DNA of 64,000 nucleotides from Hydrurus foetidus (Eukaryota). The notes under the pieces are model-generated. The model had not been told where the DNA came from. It did no database searches and saw nothing but the letters and a program-made list of their open reading frames with translations. Shown here in pieces: positions 37,035 through 45,994 of the stretch. Where the stretch lies: positions 1 to 64,000 of the forward strand of contig UYFQ01000141.1 in NCBI GenBank assembly GCA_900617105.1, in the 5' to 3' direction. The position numbers and the translations under genes are program-made. Each line of letters starts with the position of its first letter. Positions within the stretch are counted from its first letter, which is position 1.

Positions 37035-39425
37035 ATGAACGAAGCCGAAACCCGCCTCCTGCATATCGACCCGGCCCTGAAAGCCGCGGGCTGGGGCGTG
37101 GTGGAGGGCAGCCGCATTCGACCCGAATACCCGATTACGCTGGGCCGCATTGAAGGCCACGGCAAGCGCGGCAAGGCACTGACGGCGGACTACGTGCTGG
37201 AGTACCGCAACACCAAGCTGGCGGTGGTAGAGGCCAAGGCCTGGGCCAAGCCGCTGACCGAGGGCGTGGGGCAGGCCAAAGACTACGCGGGCAAACTGCG
37301 CATTCGCTTTACCTACGCCAGCAACGGGCAGGGCGTGTATGGCATTGACATGCAGACGGGCCAAGAAGGTGAAGTTGCGGGCGGGCTGCCCGCATTCCCG
37401 TCGCCAGAGGCGCTGTGGGCTGCCACCTTTGCCACGCACAACGCCTGGCGCGACCGTTTTGCCGCCGTGCCGTTTGAAGACCGAAGCGGCTACTGGCAGG
37501 GCCGCTATTACCAAGACATTGCCATTGAGCGGGTGCTGGCCGCGCTGGCCCAGGGGCAGAGCCGCATTTTGCTAACGCTGGCCACCGGCACGGGCAAGAC
37601 CTTCATTGCGTTTCAGTTGGCGTGGAAGCTGTTTCAGAGCCGATGGAATCTGCAGGATTGGCGCTCAGAACCCTTCGACAAGCTCAGGGCGAACGGGGGT
37701 GAGTCAGGCGGTGGTGAGCCCACCCGCCGCCCGCGCATTCTGTTTCTGGCTGACCGCAACAACTTGGCCGATCAGGCGTTTAACGCGTTCTCGGCCTTTG
37801 CAGAAGACGCGCTGGTGCGCATTGCGCCAGACGATATTCGCAAGAAGGGCAAGGTGCCCAAGAACGGCAGCGTGTTCTTCACCATTTTTCAGACCTTCAT
37901 GAGTGGGAAAGGCCAAGACGGCGAGCCTGCATCTTATTTTGGTGAGTACCCGCCCGACTTTTTTGACTTCATCATCGTGGACGAATGCCACCGTGGCGGG
38001 GCGAACGACGAGAGCAGCTGGCGCGGCATCTTGGATTACTTTGCCCCCGCCGTGCAGCTAGGGCTGACCGCCACACCCAAGCGCCAGGACAACGCCGACA
38101 CCTATGCCTACTTTGGCGAACCGGTGTTTGTGTATTCGCTCAAGGACGGCATCAACGATGGTTTTCTAACGCCGTTCCGCGTCAAGCAGATTGCCACCAC
38201 GCTGGACGACTACGTCTACACGCCCGACGACGAGCTGGTGGAGGGCGAGATCGAGCCGGGCAGGCGGTATGAAGAGAAGGACTTCAACCGCCTGATAGAG
38301 ATCAAGGCGCGGGAGAAAAAGCGGGTGGACATCTTTATGGCGGCCATTGACCAGCGGGACAAGACCCTTGTGTTTTGCGCCACCCAAGAGCACGCGCTGG
38401 CCGTGCGCGACCTGATCAACCAGTGCAAAACAAGCATCCACCCTGACTACTGCCAGCGCGTCACCGCGCAAGACGGCGCTTTGGGCGAGCAGTGGCTGCG
38501 CGAGTTTCAGGACAACGAAAAGACCATTCCCACCATCCTGACCACATCGCAAAAGCTGTCCACGGGGGTGGACGCGCGCAATGTGCGCAACATCGTTCTG
38601 ATGCGGCCGGTCAACTCCATGATCGAGTTCAAGCAGATCATCGGGCGCGGCACGCGGCTGTATGACGGCAAGGACTACTTCACCATTTACGACTTTGTGA
38701 AGGCGCACCACCATTTCAATGACCCGGAATGGGATGGCGAGCCGCTGGAGCCGGAGCCCACCGCCGCGGGCAACCCGATGGGCCCCGCAGCACCCAAGGC
38801 GCCGCCCGAGGCGCGGGAGCCGGGGGCCGAGTACACGCCGCGCCAGCGGGTGAAAGTGAAGCTGGCGGATGGCAAAGAGCGCCACATCCAACACATGATG
38901 GCGACCAGCTTTTGGCACCCGGACGGCACGCCCATGTCGGCTGCGCAGTTTGTGGCGGCGCTGTATGGGCAGTTGCCTGATTTCTTCAAAGACGAAGACG
39001 AACTGCGCGCCCTGTGGAGCGACCCATCCACCCGCAGGCGCTTGCTGGAGGGCTTGTCTGACAAAGGCTTTGGGAAAGACCAGTTGGCCGAGATGCAAAA
39101 GCTGATCGACGCCGAAAAGAGCGATTTGTTCGATGTGCTGGCCCATGTGGCCTACGCGCTGGAGCCGCTCACCCGAGAAGACCGCGCCCACCGGGCCAGC
39201 GTGGTGCTGGCGGGCAGCGTGGCCTCCAAACAGCGGGTGTTTTTAGAGTTTGTGCTGTCGCACTATGTGAGCATGGGCGTGGAGGAGCTGGACCAATCCA
39301 AGCTGACGCCGCTGCTCAAACTCAAGTACCACGACTCCTTGGCCGATGCGCTGGCTGACTTGGGCAGGGCGGAGGACATTGGCAAGTTGTTCGCCGGTTT
39401 TCAGAAACACCTGTACGAGCCCTGA
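37035..39425 (+). CDS. hsdR: type I restriction enzyme R subunit (EcoAI-like)
   Basis: ADY..VEAK nuclease motif, LATGTGKT, DECH, GLTATP, QIIGRGTR. Confidence 0.95.
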   Translation: MNEAETRLLHIDPALKAAGWGVVEGSRIRPEYPITLGRIEGHGKRGKALTADYVLEYRNTKLAVVEAKAWAKPLTEGVGQAKDYAGKLRIRFTYASNGQGVYGIDMQTGQEGEVAGGLPAFPSPEALWAATFATHNAWRDRFAAVPFEDRSGYWQGRYYQDIAIERVLAALAQGQSRILLTLATGTGKTFIAFQLAWKLFQSRWNLQDWRSEPFDKLRANGGESGGGEPTRRPRILFLADRNNLADQAFNAFSAFAEDALVRIAPDDIRKKGKVPKNGSVFFTIFQTFMSGKGQDGEPASYFGEYPPDFFDFIIVDECHRGGANDESSWRGILDYFAPAVQLGLTATPKRQDNADTYAYFGEPVFVYSLKDGINDGFLTPFRVKQIATTLDDYVYTPDDELVEGEIEPGRRYEEKDFNRLIEIKAREKKRVDIFMAAIDQRDKTLVFCATQEHALAVRDLINQCKTSIHPDYCQRVTAQDGALGEQWLREFQDNEKTIPTILTTSQKLSTGVDARNVRNIVLMRPVNSMIEFKQIIGRGTRLYDGKDYFTIYDFVKAHHHFNDPEWDGEPLEPEPTAAGNPMGPAAPKAPPEAREPGAEYTPRQRVKVKLADGKERHIQHMMATSFWHPDGTPMSAAQFVAALYGQLPDFFKDEDELRALWSDPSTRRRLLEGLSDKGFGKDQLAEMQKLIDAEKSDLFDVLAHVAYALEPLTREDRAHRASVVLAGSVASKQRVFLEFVLSHYVSMGVEELDQSKLTPLLKLKYHDSLADALADLGRAEDIGKLFAGFQKHLYEP
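37671..37696 (+). repeat. REP-like half-element in frame within hsdR
   Basis: cccttcgacaagctcagggcgaacgg, identical to 42583-42608. Confidence 0.85.
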
Positions 39426-39458
39426 GCGTAGCGGGCGGTGCCGGGATAATGGCACCCA

Positions 39459-42400
39459 ATGTCTTCTATTTCTTCTCCCGCTTCCCCACGCCTGCACATT
39501 GAGTTCCCCGAGTCGCTGCCCGTATCGGGCAAACGCCAAGAAATCATGGACGCCATCGCGGCGAACCAGGTGGTCATCGTGTGCGGGGAAACCGGTTCGG
39601 GCAAAACCACGCAGTTGCCCAAGATCGCGCTGGCCATGGGCCGGGGCAAGCTCAACTACCCGGAAGGGCAGCGCGGCAAGCTGATTGGTCACACGCAGCC
39701 CCGCCGGATTGCCGCCTCCAGCGTGGCCAAGCGCATTGCCGAAGAGCTGAAGACGCCGCTGGGCGACGTGGTGGGTTTCAAGGTGCGGTTCCAGGACCGC
39801 TTGAGTAAAGACGCCTCGGTCAAGCTGATGACCGACGGCATCTTGCTGGCCGAGACGCAGACCGACCCGCTGCTGAACAACTACGACACCATCATCATCG
39901 ACGAGGCGCACGAGCGTTCGCTGAACATCGACTTTCTGCTGGGCTACCTGCGCCAGATACTGCCGCGCAGGCCGGACCTGAAAATCATCGTCACCTCGGC
40001 CACGATTGACGCGCAGCGCTTTGCGGACCATTTCAAATCCAGCAAGGGGACGGCGCCGGTCATCATGGTGTCGGGGCGCATGTTCCCGGTGGAGCAGCGC
40101 TACCGGCCGTTTGAAGAGAGCCGTGAGTACGACCTGAACAACGCGATTGCCGATGGCGTGGACGAGCTGTGGCGCGATCCGCACAACCAGGGCGACGTTC
40201 TGGTGTTCCTGCCTGGCGAGCGCGAGATTCGTGAAGCGGCAGACCATTTGCGCAAGCACCTGAGCCATAGCCCGATCATGCGCAACGCCGAGGTGCTGCC
40301 GCTATTTGCCCGACTGAGCCCGGCCGAGCAGGACCGGATTTTTGACGGCCACACGGGGCGGCGCATTGTGCTGGCGACCAACGTGGCCGAGACCTCGCTG
40401 ACGGTGCCTGGCACCAGATACGTCATTGACGCAGGTACCGCGCGCATCAAGCGCTACAGTTTCCGTAGCAAGGTGGAGCAGTTGCTGGTTGAGCCGATCA
40501 GCCAAAGCTCTGCGAACCAGCGTGCAGGGCGCTGCGGGCGGGTGGCCAACGGTATTTGCATCCGCTTGTACGACCAGAAAGACTTTGACGGGCGGCCTCG
40601 TTTTACCGATCCGGAAATTCTGCGGTCTTCATTGGCGGGGGTAATCCTGCGGATGAAGTCGCTGCATCTGGGCATCGTGGAGGACTTTCCGTTTCTGGAG
40701 CGGCCCAGCGGGCGGGCAATTGCCGACGGTTATCAGTTGCTCAATGAGCTGGGGGCGGTGGACGATGTGAATGAACTTACGACCTTGGGCCAGGAACTTT
40801 CGAAGTTGCCTCTGGATCCCCGTGTCGGGCGCATGTTGCTGGAAGCGCGGTCGCGCGAAGCCTTGGACGAGGCGCTGGTGATCGCGTCGGCGCTGAGCGT
40901 GCAGGATGTGCGTGACCGGCCGATGGAAGCCCAGCAGCAGGCGGATGCGGCGCATGTGAAGTTTGATGATGAGAAGAGTGAGTTTTCGGGGTATTTGAAG
41001 TTGTGGAAGTGGATTCATGATGCGCGGGGTGGTTCTGCAGGCCCCGCCGATGCCACTGCGACCCGGGGTACGCCGGGCTCCTCGTCGCAAAGCTCAATTT
41101 CGTCACCCGGCGCACCCCGGGCCACAGCGTCCTCGGCTGCGTCTGGGTCGTCACACAAGTTGTCTAACCGGCAATACGAACAGCTGCTACGTCAAAACTT
41201 CGTCAACATCCGCCGCGTGCGGGAGTGGAAGGACATCCACTCGCAGCTGCATACCGTGGTGGCTGAGCACAAATGGCGGCTGAACACCAAGCCCGCCAGC
41301 TACGAGCAGTTGCACCTGTCCATGCTGTCAGGCTTGCTGGGCAATATTGGCTGCAAGCTGGAAGAAGGACAGAACGGCGAGTACCTCGGCGCGCGCAGCA
41401 TCAAGTTCTTTGCCCACCCCGGTGCCCACTTGACCAAGAAGCCGGGCAAGTGGATCGTGGCGTCCGAGCTGGTGGAAACCACGCGGCTGTTTGGCCGTGG
41501 CATTGCGCATATCGAGCCGCAGTGGCTGGAAAACGTGGGCGAGCATTTGCTGAAGAAGCAGTTGCTGGACCCGCATTGGGAAAAGAAGGCGGCCGAGGTG
41601 GTGGCGCTGGAGCGGGCGACGCTCTACGGCATCGTGGTGTACAGCGGGCGCAAGGTGAACTACGGCCGGGTGGACCTGCACGGCGCGCGCGAAATTTTCA
41701 TCCGCGAAGCGTTGGTCGGCAAGGAGTGGGAAACCCCGCTGCCTTTCCTCGCCGCCAACCAGAAGCTGATCAAGCAGGTGGAAGACCTGGAGCACAAGGC
41801 GCGGCGGCAGGACGTGCTGGTGGACGACGAGCTGATCTACGCGTTCTACGACCAGCAGCTGCCCGCCGACGTGTGCAGTGGCTACAGTTTTGAGCGCTGG
41901 TACCGCGAGGAAGTGAAGAAGCAGCCAGAACTGCTGAAGCTGACCCGCGAAGAACTGATGCGCCACGAGGCGGCGGGCATCACCACTGCGTCCTTTCCCA
42001 AGACGATCCGCCTGGGCGGCGTGGACTGCGCGGCGACTTATTTGCATGAGCCCGGCGACGCGCGCGACGGGCTGACGGTGACGGTGCCGCTGTTCGTCTT
42101 GAACCAGGTGAATGACGAGCGCTGCGAATGGCTGGTGCCTGGCATGCTCAAAGACAAGGTGCAAGCGCTGATCAAAACCCTGCACCAGCGCCCGCGTTCG
42201 CGCCTGGTGCCGCTGCCCGACACGGCGACCAAGTTTGCCGAAGCACTGAATGCACCCGAGAAGTTCGGTGCCGGTGGTCTGGTCGAAGCCATATTGAAAC
42301 TGGTGCGCGACGCCACGTCGCTGGACATTGTCAAGGCCGACATCAAGGTCGACATGCTGAGCCCGCATTTCTTCATGAACTTCCGCGTGGTGGACGAGCA

Positions 42401-43574
42401 TGGGCGGCAGATGGGGCAGGGGCGCAACCTGGGCGCGCTGAAGGCCGAACTGGGTTCGCAAGCGCGGGGTGCCTTCCAGGCGCTAGCGTCGCTCAAGTTG
42501 GCGCAAAACGCCTCCGCTGCGGAACAAGCCCCATCCGTTCGGGCTGAGCCTGTCGAAGCCCCTATGGCTGGCACACGTCAAGCCCTTCGACAAGCTCAGG
42601 GCGAACGGGATATTGCATCAAATAGGCCTATAGCCCCCGCCAACACTGCGCAACCAGCTACAAAAAACGTAGCAAATGTCAAAGCCCCCAGCATCCTCGA
42701 CGGCCGCTTCACCGCCTGGACTTTCGGCGAACTGCCGGAGCTGCTGGAAATTCGCAAGGGCGGGCAGACGCTGATTGGCTTCCCCGCACTCATTGACGCG
42801 GGCGACGCAGTGACGGTGGAGGTGTTCGACGAACCCGAGGTGGCCGCCGCCAAGCACCGCGCTGGCCTGCGCCGCCTGTTTGCCATCCAGATCAAGGACG
42901 CGCTGAAGTACTTGGAGAAGAACATCCCGGATCTGCAGAAGATGGCCGTGTCGTACATGAACGTGGGCAAGGCCGACAACGGCAGCGGCGGTGGAACGAT
43001 TGAGGAATTGCGCGAGCAGATCATCGCCGTGGCGCTGGACCGTGCCTTTTTACTAGACCCGCTGCCCACCGACGAATTTGCGTTCAAGCGCCGCATCGAC
43101 GAAGGGCGCGGGCGCCTGACCTTGATTGCCAACGAAGTGGCGCGCATGGCCAGCGTCATCCTGCTGGAGTACGCCGTTGCGGCGCGCAAGATCAAGGACA
43201 CCAAGAATGCGCCGGACGCTACAAGCGACGCCCAGCAGCAGCTCAACCGCCTGATCCCCAAGAAGTTTTTGCAAGCCACGCCATGGGACCGCCTGCAGCA
43301 CCTGGCGCGTTACCTGAAGGCCATCACGTTGCGGCTGGACAAATACCGCGCCGACCCCGCGCGTGACACCGCCCGCCTGACCGAGCTGCGCCCGCAGGAG
43401 CAGCGCTACTGGCGCCTGGTGGCCGAGCGCAAGGGTGCGGTGGACGACCGCATGGCCGAGTTCCGCTGGCTGCTGGAAGAGCTGCGCGTCAGCTTCTTTG
43501 CCCAAGAGCTGCGCACGCCGCAGCCCGTGAGCGTGAAGCGGCTGGACAAGGCCTGGGCACAGATAGGCAATTGA
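39459..43574 (+). CDS. hrpA: ATP-dependent RNA helicase HrpA
   Basis: GETGSGKTTQLPK, DEAH, SAT, QRAGRCGR, C-terminal EELRVSFFAQEL. Confidence 0.97.
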   Translation: MSSISSPASPRLHIEFPESLPVSGKRQEIMDAIAANQVVIVCGETGSGKTTQLPKIALAMGRGKLNYPEGQRGKLIGHTQPRRIAASSVAKRIAEELKTPLGDVVGFKVRFQDRLSKDASVKLMTDGILLAETQTDPLLNNYDTIIIDEAHERSLNIDFLLGYLRQILPRRPDLKIIVTSATIDAQRFADHFKSSKGTAPVIMVSGRMFPVEQRYRPFEESREYDLNNAIADGVDELWRDPHNQGDVLVFLPGEREIREAADHLRKHLSHSPIMRNAEVLPLFARLSPAEQDRIFDGHTGRRIVLATNVAETSLTVPGTRYVIDAGTARIKRYSFRSKVEQLLVEPISQSSANQRAGRCGRVANGICIRLYDQKDFDGRPRFTDPEILRSSLAGVILRMKSLHLGIVEDFPFLERPSGRAIADGYQLLNELGAVDDVNELTTLGQELSKLPLDPRVGRMLLEARSREALDEALVIASALSVQDVRDRPMEAQQQADAAHVKFDDEKSEFSGYLKLWKWIHDARGGSAGPADATATRGTPGSSSQSSISSPGAPRATASSAASGSSHKLSNRQYEQLLRQNFVNIRRVREWKDIHSQLHTVVAEHKWRLNTKPASYEQLHLSMLSGLLGNIGCKLEEGQNGEYLGARSIKFFAHPGAHLTKKPGKWIVASELVETTRLFGRGIAHIEPQWLENVGEHLLKKQLLDPHWEKKAAEVVALERATLYGIVVYSGRKVNYGRVDLHGAREIFIREALVGKEWETPLPFLAANQKLIKQVEDLEHKARRQDVLVDDELIYAFYDQQLPADVCSGYSFERWYREEVKKQPELLKLTREELMRHEAAGITTASFPKTIRLGGVDCAATYLHEPGDARDGLTVTVPLFVLNQVNDERCEWLVPGMLKDKVQALIKTLHQRPRSRLVPLPDTATKFAEALNAPEKFGAGGLVEAILKLVRDATSLDIVKADIKVDMLSPHFFMNFRVVDEHGRQMGQGRNLGALKAELGSQARGAFQALASLKLAQNASAAEQAPSVRAEPVEAPMAGTRQALRQAQGERDIASNRPIAPANTAQPATKNVANVKAPSILDGRFTAWTFGELPELLEIRKGGQTLIGFPALIDAGDAVTVEVFDEPEVAAAKHRAGLRRLFAIQIKDALKYLEKNIPDLQKMAVSYMNVGKADNGSGGGTIEELREQIIAVALDRAFLLDPLPTDEFAFKRRIDEGRGRLTLIANEVARMASVILLEYAVAARKIKDTKNAPDATSDAQQQLNRLIPKKFLQATPWDRLQHLARYLKAITLRLDKYRADPARDTARLTELRPQEQRYWRLVAERKGAVDDRMAEFRWLLEELRVSFFAQELRTPQPVSVKRLDKAWAQIGN
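41046..41137. repeat. long imperfect inverted repeat in frame within hrpA
   Basis: 32-bp arms 41046-41077 and 41106-41137 are complementary at 26/32; encodes a low-complexity Ser/Ala/Gly loop. Confidence 0.75.
42535..42608. repeat. REP-like inverted doublet in frame within hrpA
   Basis: ccgttcgggctgagcctgtcgaagccc..cccttcgacaagctcagggcgaacgg, encoding SVRAEPVEA..ALRQAQGER. Confidence 0.85.
42613..42675 (-). repeat. copy of the ~65-bp palindromic repeat, in frame within hrpA
   Basis: caaataggcctatagcccccgccaacactgcgcaaccagctacaaaaaacgtagcaa is the reverse complement of the family consensus; encodes NRPIAPANTAQPATKNVA. Confidence 0.75.
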
Positions 43575-43587
43575 ACCAGGGAGCCCC

Positions 43588-45084
43588 ATGAACCCGAACT
43601 TTGAAGCAACCCAGCCGTCCAATATCCTGGATGCCCCCGACACCGAGCCCACCACGCTGGCGCCCGTGGCCTCCACTTCTCCCCCGCAAGCCAAGGCTCC
43701 AGCCGCCTGGTGGCGTTGGGTATGCCAAGGGCTGCGCGCCGCGGTGTTACGCCCGGTGCGCAGCTTGCCCGAAGGGCCAACGGCTTGGCAGATGCTGCTG
43801 GTTGCCGGGTTCACGTTTGCGCTGGTCACCGGCGCGGGGCGTCTGGAGATTGCGGGTTCGGCGGATTTTTTGCTGCGCAACTGGCTGTTCAGCTGGGCGT
43901 CCACCGCTTTGCTGATGTTTGTGGTGTGGCTGGTGCTGAGCTGGGGCCACACCAGGGCGGTGCACGCTCAACCTGTGGCGTCTTGGTTGCTGCTGTATTG
44001 GGTGGCCACCACGCCGATCAGCCTGGTGGCGGTGGCCCTGGCGGCCGCGTCCGGGCGCGACTGGCTGCCCGACTGGTGGCTGGAATCGGCCTGGTGGGGC
44101 TGGGTGGTGTTTGGCGTGTTCTGGTTGTGGATTGCGGTGGCCGCGCTGCGCATCACCGCGGCGGTGAACCGCTCGCGCTGGGTGTGTGCGGCCGTGGTGC
44201 TGTGGGTGCTGGCGCTGCAGGGGCTCGACACCTGGGTGCTGCAAGTGCGCCCCTGGCGGCCCAGTTATACCGAGAGCGATGCCGCAGAGCCCGCTACCTT
44301 GCGCCTGAGCCAAGAGGTGTTTGAAGCCCAGCAAGACTTGCTGGACGTTACGCTGGCCAGCCTGCGCCCCAGTACGCCGGGCCCGATTCAGGTGTTTGGA
44401 ATGGTCTACGCGCCGTATGCGCAAGACGTGTTTTTGCGCGAAAGCACCATGGTGCAAAGCGTGCTGGAGCAGCGCTTTGGCGCCGAGGGCCGGGTGCTGC
44501 GGCTGGTAAACCACCCCACCACGGCCCATGACATTCCCTGGGCCACCAACCGCAACCTGGAACGCAGCCTGGCCGCGCTGGCCGATGCCATGGACAAGGA
44601 GCGCGATGTGCTGGTGGTCTACCTCACCTCGCACGGCGGTGCAGACTTCCGGCTGGCCGCCCAGCACTGGCCGCTGGAGGTGGAAGACCTGACAGCCGCG
44701 CAGCTGCGCGAATCGCTGGACCGCCTAGGTATTCGCAACCGGGTGGTGGCCGTGTCGGCCTGCTATTCGGGTGGCTGGATTGAGCCGCTGCGGGGCGACA
44801 CCACGCTGGTGATGACAGCGGCCGACAAGGACCACACGTCGTACGGCTGCGGCAGCAAGTCCGAGCTGACCTTCTTTGGCCGTGCGGTGTTTGACGAGCA
44901 ACTGCGCAAGACGTTGTCGTTTGAAGAGGCGTTCAAAGCCGCGGTGCCGGTGATCCAGCAGCGTGAAATTGAAGGTCGCAAGGGCGATGGATTCTCGAAC
45001 CCGCAGATTGCGGTGGGTGAGGGCATCCGCAAGGTGTTGCAGGCTTGGGCGGCGGCGCAGGCTGCGGACGCGCCCAAGCCCTGA
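43588..45084 (+). CDS. membrane-anchored C13 family peptidase
   Basis: N-terminal TM region; YLTSHG and SACYSG catalytic dyad; SYGC, TFFG. Confidence 0.88.
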   Translation: MNPNFEATQPSNILDAPDTEPTTLAPVASTSPPQAKAPAAWWRWVCQGLRAAVLRPVRSLPEGPTAWQMLLVAGFTFALVTGAGRLEIAGSADFLLRNWLFSWASTALLMFVVWLVLSWGHTRAVHAQPVASWLLLYWVATTPISLVAVALAAASGRDWLPDWWLESAWWGWVVFGVFWLWIAVAALRITAAVNRSRWVCAAVVLWVLALQGLDTWVLQVRPWRPSYTESDAAEPATLRLSQEVFEAQQDLLDVTLASLRPSTPGPIQVFGMVYAPYAQDVFLRESTMVQSVLEQRFGAEGRVLRLVNHPTTAHDIPWATNRNLERSLAALADAMDKERDVLVVYLTSHGGADFRLAAQHWPLEVEDLTAAQLRESLDRLGIRNRVVAVSACYSGGWIEPLRGDTTLVMTAADKDHTSYGCGSKSELTFFGRAVFDEQLRKTLSFEEAFKAAVPVIQQREIEGRKGDGFSNPQIAVGEGIRKVLQAWAAAQAADAPKP

Positions 45085-45095
45085 TCAACCGGTGC

Positions 45096-45833
45096 TTAGG
45101 ACCCTGCCGCCAGCGGGCATGACAGGCTCAGCGCCTGCAGCGGCGCTTGGGTCTGTGCGTCTGACACCACCAGGTTTATGTGCTGGGCATGCCCAGGCGT
45201 CGGTGCAATGGCTGCCAGGCGCAAGGTCTGCGCCCCCTGGTAGCGGCCCAGCGGCACGTACTGGCGCACCACAAAATCGTGCTGCAGCAGCTCGCCCGAG
45301 TTTTCACCGGCTTTGACCTTGGAGCTGTGGCCGTCTTCCGTCACCGTCCAGTAGGCGCTCCATTGCGCCACACCAGCGGCGGGAGCCACCTGGGCGGTCG
45401 CGCTGCCGTCGGAGGCGCGCTGCACGGCAATGCTGGCGCGCGCGGGCAGGGTGCTCTCGGTCAGACTGCGGTGCCAGTCGCGCCAGTCCTGGCCATTGCG
45501 CACCAGTTGCGGGGTGTAGATGCTGCTGAGGTGGTTGGTCTGCGCCACCTCGCGCTGTCGCTGGGTGTGGGCGGCGTTGGCAAAGCGGTCTACCCAGCCG
45601 ATGTAGTCCCAGTAGCCCACGTGGAAGGCCTGGGCCACCACCGGCTTGCCCTTGAGTGTGGACAGCCACTGGTCGGCTGGTGGGCAGGAGCTGCAGCCTT
45701 CAGAGGTGTACAGCTCAATGACGGGTGTGAGCCGCTCGCCAGAGCGCGCTTCGCAGGCCGGCGCCGCCGCCATGGCCACAGTGGCCAGGCTGGTGAGTAG
45801 GGGAATGAGAACGGGGGCGAAGAGCGTGCGCAT
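45096..45833 (-). CDS. DUF1223 family secreted thioredoxin-like protein
   Basis: ELYTSEGCSSCPPAD, HVGYWDYIGW.D, YTPQ, AGENSG. Confidence 0.9.
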   Translation of the reverse strand: MRTLFAPVLIPLLTSLATVAMAAAPACEARSGERLTPVIELYTSEGCSSCPPADQWLSTLKGKPVVAQAFHVGYWDYIGWVDRFANAAHTQRQREVAQTNHLSSIYTPQLVRNGQDWRDWHRSLTESTLPARASIAVQRASDGSATAQVAPAAGVAQWSAYWTVTEDGHSSKVKAGENSGELLQHDFVVRQYVPLGRYQGAQTLRLAAIAPTPGHAQHINLVVSDAQTQAPLQALSLSCPLAAGS

Positions 45834-45930
45834 GGTGGACCTGGGTTGCTGCGGGTAAGGCTTAGTCGCGCGCGCGCCTCGACTTCTTACAACATCGCCG
45901 TCCTCAGGGGTGCTCCATGCAATGGAAATA

Positions 45931-45993
45931 AACAGCAAAAAGTGCTTCTAGCCCCCGTGGAATATGCGCCAGAAGCTCCTGAAACCATAGCAA
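45931..45993 (-). repeat. intergenic copy of the ~65-bp palindromic repeat
   Basis: gcttctagcccccgtggaatatgcgccagaagctcctgaaaccatagcaa. Confidence 0.85.
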
Positions 45994-45994
45994 A

